From Patescibacteria group bacterium (GTDB taxonomy: Bacteria; Patescibacteriota; Minisyncoccia; GWC2-36-17; M10-OD1-4), in assembly GCA_038061695.1 (NCBI GenBank), contig JBBTYT010000006.1, positions 1 through 56,340 on the forward strand: a stretch of 56,340 nucleotides of DNA, given 5' to 3'. This document shows, piece after piece, positions 49,197 to 56,340 of this stretch; position 1 is the stretch's first letter, and every line of letters begins with the position of its first letter. The position numbers and the translations under genes were made by a program. Below the pieces are notes generated by a model that was not told the DNA's origin, made no database searches, and worked only from the letters and a program-made list of their open reading frames with translations.

Positions 49197-51113
49197 ATGA
49201 GTAAAATTTTAGGAATTGATTTGGGTACAACAAATTCTGCTATGGCATATATTGAGGGCGGAGAGCCTAAAATTATTGAAAATAAAGAGGGAAATAGAAC
49301 AACTCCTTCCATGTTATCTTTAACAAAGAATGGAGAAAGACAGGTTGGTCTTTTAGCAAAGAGGCAAGCTGTGACAAATCCAAAAAATACATTATTTTCA
49401 ATAAAGAGGCTTATAGGGAGGCGTTTTTCTGATGCGGAGGTTGCTAGGGATCAGAAGCTTTTTCCATTTGAGATAAGAGAAGCAAAAAATGGAGGTGTTG
49501 ATGTAAAGCTCGGTGATAAATGGCATACTCCGCAAGAGATTTCTGCTATGATTTTACAGAAGCTAAAACAAGATGCCGAGGAGAAGCTTGGGAGTAAGAT
49601 AGATGAGGCTGTTATCACTGTTCCGGCTTATTTTGACGACAGTCAGAGACAGGCTACAAAGGATGCAGGAGAGATTGCCGGGTTTAAAGTTAGAAGAATA
49701 ATAAACGAGCCGACAGCCGCCGCTTTAGCTTATGGGGTAAATAAAAAGAAAAATGAGAAGGTTGTAGTTTATGATTTTGGCGGAGGTACATTTGATGTTT
49801 CTGTTTTGGATATGTCAGAAGATACAATTGAAGTTAAGGCGACAGGAGGTGATACTCATCTTGGAGGAGATGATTTTGATCAGAAGATTATTCATTGGCT
49901 AATAAGTGAATTTAAAAAAGATCAAGGTATTGATCTTTCAAAGGATATGTTGTCGCTTCAAAGATTAAAAGAGTCAGCCGAAAAAGCAAAGCTTGAGCTT
50001 TCAAGCTCTATTGAAACAGAGATTAATATTCCATTTATTACATCTGATGCGGAAGGTCCAAAACATTTAAACATAAAGTTTACAAGAGCAAAGCTTGAGG
50101 AATTAGTAGGTGAGTATATTCAAAAATCAGTAGAGGTGACAAATGGCGTTGTTAAAGACTCAGGTTTTAATATATCTGATATAAATGAAGTTATATTGGT
50201 TGGAGGTCAGACAAGAATGCCAGCAATACAGGATGCTGTAAAGAAATTATTTAATAAAGAGCCACATAAAGGTATTAATCCGGATGAAGTCGTGGCTATT
50301 GGAGCGGCTATTCAAGGCGGAGTTTTGCAAGGAGATGTAAAGGATATATTGCTTTTGGATGTTATACCTTTATCTTTTGGCATTGAAACATTGGGTGGAG
50401 TATCTACAAAGATGATTGAGAAAAATACTACTATTCCGGTTTCCAAGACACAGATTTTCTCAACCGCTGTAGATAATCAACCGTCTGTTGAAGTGCATGT
50501 TTTGCAAGGAGAGCGTCATATGGCATCAGATAACAAATCATTGGGAAGATTTATGCTTGACGGCATTCCATCATCTCCAAGAGGTATTCCGCAGATTGAG
50601 GTTGCGTTTGATATAGATGCCAATGGTATTTTAAGTGTTAAAGCTAAGGATAAGGCATCAGGAAAAGAGCAGTCAATCAGAATAGAAGCATCTTCAGGTC
50701 TTTCTAAAGATGAGATAGAGAAGATGAAAAAAGATGCAGAGCTTCATGCAGATGAGGATGCAAAAAAGAAAGATTTAGTTGAGGTTAAAAATAATGCGGA
50801 GTCAACAATATATTCCGCAGAGAAGACTTTGTCTGAGTTTGCTGATAAAATAGAGGCGAACGCTAAAAAAGAATTAGAGGAGAAGTTGACGGCACTCAAG
50901 AGTATGAAAGATTCAACAGATGTAGATGCTATTAAGAAGTCAACAGAAGAGCTTTCAAAGTCAGCTCAGAATATAGGAGCAGAGATGTATAAGAAAGTTC
51001 AAGAAGAAGAGAATTCTAAGAAACAAGAGACAGAAGGAGTGGAAAAGAAGAAAGAAGGTGAAGATGAGCCTATTGAGGGAGAGGTTGAGGAAAATTCAGA
51101 AAACAAAAAATAA
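49197..51113 (+). CDS. dnaK: Chaperone DnaK
   Basis: [30 protein letters not shown]. Confidence 0.99.
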   Translation: MSKILGIDLGTTNSAMAYIEGGEPKIIENKEGNRTTPSMLSLTKNGERQVGLLAKRQAVTNPKNTLFSIKRLIGRRFSDAEVARDQKLFPFEIREAKNGGVDVKLGDKWHTPQEISAMILQKLKQDAEEKLGSKIDEAVITVPAYFDDSQRQATKDAGEIAGFKVRRIINEPTAAALAYGVNKKKNEKVVVYDFGGGTFDVSVLDMSEDTIEVKATGGDTHLGGDDFDQKIIHWLISEFKKDQGIDLSKDMLSLQRLKESAEKAKLELSSSIETEINIPFITSDAEGPKHLNIKFTRAKLEELVGEYIQKSVEVTNGVVKDSGFNISDINEVILVGGQTRMPAIQDAVKKLFNKEPHKGINPDEVVAIGAAIQGGVLQGDVKDILLLDVIPLSFGIETLGGVSTKMIEKNTTIPVSKTQIFSTAVDNQPSVEVHVLQGERHMASDNKSLGRFMLDGIPSSPRGIPQIEVAFDIDANGILSVKAKDKASGKEQSIRIEASSGLSKDEIEKMKKDAELHADEDAKKKDLVEVKNNAESTIYSAEKTLSEFADKIEANAKKELEEKLTALKSMKDSTDVDAIKKSTEELSKSAQNIGAEMYKKVQEEENSKKQETEGVEKKKEGEDEPIEGEVEENSENKK

Positions 51114-51134
51114 TACTTAAAATAATAAATAAGA

Positions 51135-52052
51135 GTGATCTCAAAAACAAATAGATTAAAGATATCTTTTTTTCTGATTTCCGCTCTATTGTCATTTTTG
51201 ACATGGAGTAGATTTAAAGATGCTTCGAGTATTGTCAGTACATGGGATATTATAAGCGTAGCTATATTATTAATTATATCAATTGGATTTTTTACTCTCC
51301 TTTTATTTATATTTAATAATAATTTTCCATTACAGGTTTTTGCTCTCTTTCTTTTTGTCTTTGTATTAATCTTAGATTTTCACATTGAGTACATAATAGT
51401 TGTTATTCTGGCATTATTATTTTTTGTTTATGCTCATATAAAATTAAAAAATAATATAAAAAATAATTTGAAAGTCAGATTTCATTCAGCTGTACTTTAC
51501 GGGACGCCATCTCTTGTAACGGCATTTGCAGTGTTGTTTGCTTCTGTGTCATATTTCTACCCTTTTAATGTTTCTGAGATTAAGGTTTCACCACAGGTAT
51601 TCTCTTTTGTAACGCCATTTGCAGAACAGTTTATCAAACTTCAGACGCCAACATATCAGGTTGGTATGACTATAGATGATTTTTTGGTTGGAACTGTTTC
51701 TAAGGAAACAGGAGTAAGCACCGATTTAATAAAAAAGAATTTTAAAAGTCAGCTTGAAAAACAGAGGAAGGAATTTGCAGATGGGGTAGGGGTATCACTT
51801 TCTGGTGATGAAAAATTAAATGACATAATTACCTTAGTTGCGAATTCATATATAAGTAAGTATTTAGTTCCTAACGAATCTATAATTCCTATTATTTTTG
51901 CTATTTTTGTATTTTTAACAATAAAATCATCAGGGTTTATTTTAAACAGAGCTTCTGTTTTATTTGCAACTATGCTGTTTAAGATTATGGTTTTCTTTAA
52001 ATTAATAAGAGTAGAAATTATTAAAGTTGATAAAGAAGTTTTAAGTATTTAA
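51135..52052 (+). CDS. Polytopic membrane protein between dnaK and dnaJ
   Basis: Multiple TM helices with a soluble loop; GTG start. Confidence 0.7.
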   Translation: MISKTNRLKISFFLISALLSFLTWSRFKDASSIVSTWDIISVAILLIISIGFFTLLLFIFNNNFPLQVFALFLFVFVLILDFHIEYIIVVILALLFFVYAHIKLKNNIKNNLKVRFHSAVLYGTPSLVTAFAVLFASVSYFYPFNVSEIKVSPQVFSFVTPFAEQFIKLQTPTYQVGMTIDDFLVGTVSKETGVSTDLIKKNFKSQLEKQRKEFADGVGVSLSGDEKLNDIITLVANSYISKYLVPNESIIPIIFAIFVFLTIKSSGFILNRASVLFATMLFKIMVFFKLIRVEIIKVDKEVLSI

Positions 52053-52075
52053 TTTGATAACTTCAAAACACAAAG

Positions 52076-53158
52076 ATGAGTAAAGATTATTATAAAGTAT
52101 TAGGTGTAGAAAAAAGCGCTTCTGAAGATGAGATTAAGAAGGCTTATAGACAGATGGCTCACAAACATCATCCTGATAAGGGTGGCGGTAATGAAGCAAA
52201 GTTTAAAGAATTAAATGAGGCTTATCAGGTCTTGGGAGACAAACAGAAGAGGTCTCAATATGATCAATTTGGTTCAGCTGGTTTTTCTGGTGGAGCAGGG
52301 CAACAACAAGGTGGTTTTGGCGGCGGAGTTCAGTGGGATTTTTCTAGAGGCGGTTCAGAGGGCTTTGCAGATATTTTTGAAGATCTTTTTGGCGGTGGTT
52401 TCTCACAGAAACAATCTCAACAGAAACAGAATATCGGAGCTGATTTAAAAGTTCATATAACAATATCTTTGGAAGAATCTGCCTTTGGCGAAACGAAAGA
52501 GATATTAATATCTAGGATGATGCATTGCGATGGTTGCAATGGTTCAGGAGCTGAGCCAAAGACAGAGCTTATAAAATGTCATTCCTGCGGGGGTAAGGGA
52601 AGTCATGAAAAATTTTACAAGACGATGTTTGGTGTCATAAAGCAACAGGGTATTTGTGATGATTGCTTAGGTAAAGGCTCTGTGCCAAAGACAAAGTGCA
52701 GGAAATGTCAAGGTAACGGTATTCAAAGAAGAAATGACTCTTTTAAAATTAAAATTCCTCAAGGAATTGACGAGGGTGATGTATTTAAAATTTCCAGAAA
52801 AGGAGATGATGCTTCACATGGAGGCTCAAGCGGTAATCTTTTTGTTGCAATTTCAATTTCTTCGCACAAGTTATTTAAGAGATCGGGAGATGATATTAAG
52901 ATTGATTTGTCTATAAATTTTACTCAAGCTGTATTTGGAGATAAAATAGATATAGATACTTTATATAAGAAGATTAAATTAAAAATTCCGGAAGGAGTCC
53001 AATCAGGCAAAGTAATAAAAGTCTCGGGTTATGGAATGCCTAAAAAGCATGGATTTGGAAAAGGAGATTTACTCGTTAAGGTAAGTATTAAAACTCCTGA
53101 AAATATTACTAAGCAACAGAAGAAGATTTTAGAAGAACTTAAAAAAGAGGGAATATGA
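52076..53158 (+). CDS. dnaJ: Chaperone DnaJ
   Basis: J domain with HPD, G/F region, four CxxCxGxG repeats. Confidence 0.98.
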   Translation: MSKDYYKVLGVEKSASEDEIKKAYRQMAHKHHPDKGGGNEAKFKELNEAYQVLGDKQKRSQYDQFGSAGFSGGAGQQQGGFGGGVQWDFSRGGSEGFADIFEDLFGGGFSQKQSQQKQNIGADLKVHITISLEESAFGETKEILISRMMHCDGCNGSGAEPKTELIKCHSCGGKGSHEKFYKTMFGVIKQQGICDDCLGKGSVPKTKCRKCQGNGIQRRNDSFKIKIPQGIDEGDVFKISRKGDDASHGGSSGNLFVAISISSHKLFKRSGDDIKIDLSINFTQAVFGDKIDIDTLYKKIKLKIPEGVQSGKVIKVSGYGMPKKHGFGKGDLLVKVSIKTPENITKQQKKILEELKKEGI

Positions 53159-53673
53159 ACCAGCTTGCAAATATAATAAATATATCAGGATTATCTTGGG
53201 ATATTTTAGCTTTTTGTTTTTTGATATTTGTTTCTCTTTTATACGGAATGCTTCTTGGTAAAAATAGAATAATTCTTACAATTCTAAGCACATATATATC
53301 ATTTGCTATTTTATCCGTTTTTCCTCTTTTTTATCTTCAAAGTTTTTTTGTAGATAGAATATTTTTTCTTAAATTATCTCTCTTTTTGATTTTTATGGTT
53401 TTATCATTTATATTTTTAAATAGGTCATTTTTCGGCAAGCTTTTTAAAGTTTCAAAAGCTTTATATAATACATCTTTTTTAAAAATTACTCTTCTATCTT
53501 TTGCTCAGATCGGGCTTTTTATGAGTATATTATTTACAATGGTAGTATCAGAAAAAGTCGCAAAAATAACAAATTTAACAGAGTTGATTTTTGTTAGTCA
53601 GACAGCTCAAGTCATCTGGTTTATAATTCCTTTGGTATTGCTAGGTTTTTTCAAAAATAGGTCAGCAGAGTAA
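53155..53673 (+). CDS. Membrane protein overlapping the dnaJ stop codon
   Basis: ATGA overlap; ~5 hydrophobic segments. Confidence 0.7.
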   Translation: MNQLANIINISGLSWDILAFCFLIFVSLLYGMLLGKNRIILTILSTYISFAILSVFPLFYLQSFFVDRIFFLKLSLFLIFMVLSFIFLNRSFFGKLFKVSKALYNTSFLKITLLSFAQIGLFMSILFTMVVSEKVAKITNLTELIFVSQTAQVIWFIIPLVLLGFFKNRSAE

Positions 53674-53764
53674 TGATCTTTATATATTGATTTTTATTGG
53701 AGTCTAGTATATAATAAAACTCATCCTATTCTCTATTTGTCTAATTGATTGACATATATAATAT

Positions 53765-53840
53765 GGGCCGGTAGCTCACCTGGTAGAGCGCCTCGCTTGC
53801 ACCGAGGAGGTAGCGGGTTCAAGTCCTGTCCGGTCCACCA
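53765..53840 (+). tRNA. tRNA-Ala(TGC)
   Basis: Acceptor stem GGGCCGG/CCGGTCC with G3:U70, anticodon arm CCTCG-CTTGCAC-CGAGG, TTCAAGT T-loop, encoded CCA. Confidence 0.98.
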
Positions 53841-53845
53841 AAATT

Positions 53846-54268
53846 ATGAGACTACAACGAAAATTAGTAAAATTACTTCAGAGCTATTACGAAAATAGTG
53901 GAGTTACTCCGACGCGTAAGGAGTTTTTGAACTTTGTCCTTTCACGAAAAACTACAAATAAAAAGGAAAAATTAGAAAGGATATTTAATGATGCTTTAGG
54001 AGACTGCATAGAAGGACCATTCCAGTATATTGGTTATGCTGATCCTTATACAAGAGAAAAACTTAAAGTTACTTTGGAAGGGAGAGATTTTATAGGTTTT
54101 GGCGGTTTCTTCCAGGAGTTTTTCAAGAGGAGAGATAAGTTATCAATGTTCGTGCTTGGAGGTGGCGTAGCTACTATAGTTTCCATAGTGGTATGGATAG
54201 TTTCCATAGTGGTATGGATAGTTGGTAGGGTTAGTATGGTTAGAAGCTTATTAAATGATTTATTATGA
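53846..54268 (+). CDS. Hypothetical protein, possible winged helix with C-terminal TM
   Basis: LKVTLEGRDF wHTH-like end, then a hydrophobic tail. Confidence 0.55.
   Translation: MRLQRKLVKLLQSYYENSGVTPTRKEFLNFVLSRKTTNKKEKLERIFNDALGDCIEGPFQYIGYADPYTREKLKVTLEGRDFIGFGGFFQEFFKRRDKLSMFVLGGGVATIVSIVVWIVSIVVWIVGRVSMVRSLLNDLL
54176..54223 (+). repeat. 21-nt exact tandem duplication (IVSIVVW x2)
   Basis: ATAGTTTCCATAGTGGTATGG at 54176 and 54197. Confidence 0.9.
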
Positions 54269-55248
54269 AAATCAAATTTACAAAAATTATTTTTTTATTT
54301 ATTGTAATTTCGTTTATTTCCACGCACAACGCCCATGCTCAATCCTGTAACTCTTTGAAAGAGATTTTTGAAAATTTAGATTATTGTGATAATAAGCAAA
54401 TTTCTATTGGAGGAGCTATTTCTGAAATACTGGATTATACTACTCTTAGTGGGTCAAAATATCTTTTTGGCTTTTGGATGATTGATGAGAACAAGAATAG
54501 GATACGCGTTGTAAGTGCCGATGAGATGGTTTTAATTGATGGAAATGTTGTGATAGTTGATGGCAGGTATTACAAGAAATTATATGCTGATGGTTTAAAC
54601 TTAGACGATACTATTGTTGCTTCAAGCGATAATATACAAGTGGTTTTAACCGCTAGAGAGTTATGGAATGACATACTCGGACCATACGGAGAGTCTTTGA
54701 ATACTGGTAAAAAGCTAGCCATTTGGAACAAATCATTTATTGCTATCACCCCATTATTTTCGGCGATAGCATTTTACTTCGGTCTCATGTTTTATAAGCG
54801 TAGACAATATAAAGGAATAAGTTTTGAAGGTTATGTGGAAAATCTTTTCAACAAACAAGAGTGGCGCATTGCGGAAAGTAATGCTTATAGAAAACTTGGA
54901 CGATGGGTGGAGTCATATAGCAATCCTGATTTTGTCTTTATCCACCGAAAAACAAATAAACGAATAGCGGTTGAGTGTAAATATAAATCCGTATCGCGAA
55001 AAGAAAATGATAGATTGTTTTGGGCATACGAAGATCAGATTGAAAACTATCAAAACTTTTCTACAAAAAAAGGAGTTCCTGTTTTTGTGGTTATCGGTAT
55101 TGGTGGCAGACCAAAAAATCCGAAAAAGATTTTTCTTGCACCATTGTCTCTCGTCAAATATCCTGATGTAAAAATGAATTATTTGCAAAAATTTGAGCGT
55201 GATCCCAGAAAACCTTTTTTATTCAATGGCGATGGAAATTTAATTTAA
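54265..55248 (+). CDS. Signal peptide, OB-fold-like domain, TM, PD-(D/E)xK nuclease domain
   Basis: AHA|Q signal cleavage, TM SFIAITPLFSAIAFYFGLMFY, then KG..FE.YV, PDFVF, IAVECK. Confidence 0.7.
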   Translation: MKIKFTKIIFLFIVISFISTHNAHAQSCNSLKEIFENLDYCDNKQISIGGAISEILDYTTLSGSKYLFGFWMIDENKNRIRVVSADEMVLIDGNVVIVDGRYYKKLYADGLNLDDTIVASSDNIQVVLTARELWNDILGPYGESLNTGKKLAIWNKSFIAITPLFSAIAFYFGLMFYKRRQYKGISFEGYVENLFNKQEWRIAESNAYRKLGRWVESYSNPDFVFIHRKTNKRIAVECKYKSVSRKENDRLFWAYEDQIENYQNFSTKKGVPVFVVIGIGGRPKNPKKIFLAPLSLVKYPDVKMNYLQKFERDPRKPFLFNGDGNLI

Positions 55249-55430
55249 ATAACTTTATGTCGATAAAAATAGAAAAAGATTTGTAGATAGAAATGTCAAA
55301 AATGTTCGAGCAAATAATATAATGACCACCAAACGAAACATTGTCGGAATTAAATAAATAGACACTTTGTTCGGTATGTAATATCGGCAAAAGCGATTTA
55401 GAATAAAACTATGGCAAAAAGAAAACAACC

Positions 55431-55507
55431 AGGTAATAGGGGTCAGAGGTAATAGGGGTCAGGTACCTTTTATTTAAGGTAATAGGGGTCAGGTACCTTT
55501 TATTTAA
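55431..55507 (+). repeat. Left-end iterated repeats of the transposase element
   Basis: AGGTAATAGGGGTCAG (55431-55446), then the 30-nt AGGTAATAGGGGTCAGGTACCTTTTATTTA twice (55447, 55477). Confidence 0.95.
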
Positions 55508-55532
55508 TGTATATGTATGATAAACTAGTTTC

Positions 55533-56207
55533 ATGCCAAGAATAAATAGAATTGATGTAGGAGATATAATATATCACGTAATAAATCGTGCAAATGCACG
55601 CATTCAAATATTTGATAATGATGAAGACTATGAATTATTTCAAAAAGTTTTAGAACAAGCAAAAGGAAAATACAATATGAGAATACTTTCATATTGTATA
55701 ATGCCAAACCATTGGCATTTAGTTTTATACCCAAAAAAAGATGGAGATGTGGGAAGATTCATGCAATGGTTAACTTTAACGCATACTCAAAGATGGCACG
55801 CACAACACAATACAATAGGACAAGGGCATCTTTATCAAGGAAGATACAAAGCATTTCTCATACAAACAAATGAATATCTCCTTCAGTTATTTAGATATGT
55901 AGAAAGAAATGCTCTAAGATCTAATATTGTAAAAAGAGCAGAAGATTGGAAATGGTCCAGTTTATATATTAAAGAAAGAGGGAATAAAGAACAGAAGAAT
56001 ATTTTAAGTAAATGGCCAATAGAAATACCGATAAACTATTTAAAGCTTGTAAACGAACCTCAGACGGCAAAAGAATTAGAAAGCTTAAGGTATTCAGTAA
56101 ACAAGGGAAAGCCTTACGGAAAAGATGATTGGACAAACAGAGTGATCGATAAATTTAAGTTGGGTTCAACATTACGCAAAGCAGGAAGGCCTAAAAAAGG
56201 TACCTGA
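55533..56207 (+). CDS. REP-associated tyrosine transposase (RAYT; Y1/HUH, IS200-like fold)
   Basis: MPR..R, YHVINR, YCIMPNHWHL (HUH), G.LYQGRY, RYVERN, W.WSS, GRP tail. Confidence 0.92.
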   Translation: MPRINRIDVGDIIYHVINRANARIQIFDNDEDYELFQKVLEQAKGKYNMRILSYCIMPNHWHLVLYPKKDGDVGRFMQWLTLTHTQRWHAQHNTIGQGHLYQGRYKAFLIQTNEYLLQLFRYVERNALRSNIVKRAEDWKWSSLYIKERGNKEQKNILSKWPIEIPINYLKLVNEPQTAKELESLRYSVNKGKPYGKDDWTNRVIDKFKLGSTLRKAGRPKKGT

Positions 56208-56286
56208 CACCATATTTTCCATATTTTCTGGGTTCAACATTACGCAAAGCAGGAAGGCCTAAAAAAGGTACCTGACACCATATTTT
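56161..56286 (+). repeat. 58-nt direct duplication of the transposase 3' end plus terminal motif
   Basis: 56161-56218 is identical to 56229-56286. Confidence 0.95.
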
Positions 56287-56340
56287 TCAATTCTGACTCG
56301 GTTTTGCGAAAACTATTTTTCTGGGGATTTGGATTTGGCA

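Larger units (their letters stand above)
55431..56286 (+). mobile_element. RAYT element bounded by inverted GTCAGGTACCTTTT motifs
   Basis: Left GGGGTCAGGTACCTTTT versus right AAAAGGTACCTGACACC (overlapping the stop codon), both duplicated. Confidence 0.7.

Noticed and set aside
55431-55507. CRISPR array
   Set aside because: The 30-nt units are directly adjacent with no spacers, and there are no cas genes.

Overview
AT-rich bacterial chromosomal segment. Gene content and style (short HrcA, sigma-region-4/HARE-HTH protein, stand-alone coupling-protein ATPase, O-antigen-ligase/TPR paralogs, few Shine-Dalgarno motifs) suggest Patescibacteria/CPR, probably Parcubacteria; this is inference. Almost all genes are on the + strand (efp is the exception). 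Housekeeping content: nfo (partial), tgt, xseAB, a cysteine desulfurase, CIRCE-controlled clpB and hrcA-grpE-dnaK-x-dnaJ, secDF, efp, UDG, murC, murB, obg, an SbcD/SbcC-like pair, rplJ-rplL with an L10 leader, atpBEFHAG (no atpD/atpC), greA and tRNA-Ala(TGC). After the tRNA lies an accessory block ending in a REP-associated tyrosine transposase with iterated terminal repeats. The most striking locus is a 1156-aa Ser/Thr-rich S-layer-like gene whose transcription unit looks built like an rRNA operon: tandem sigma70 promoters, a ~0.5-kb structured leader, a boxA-like site, and a nested long-range stem between leader and 3' trailer that encloses the whole CDS. It is followed by three paralogous O-oligosaccharyltransferase-like/TPR genes. 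An unannotated 34-aa histone-H1-like gene is also present. All calls come from reading the sequence by eye; no searches or folding programs were run.
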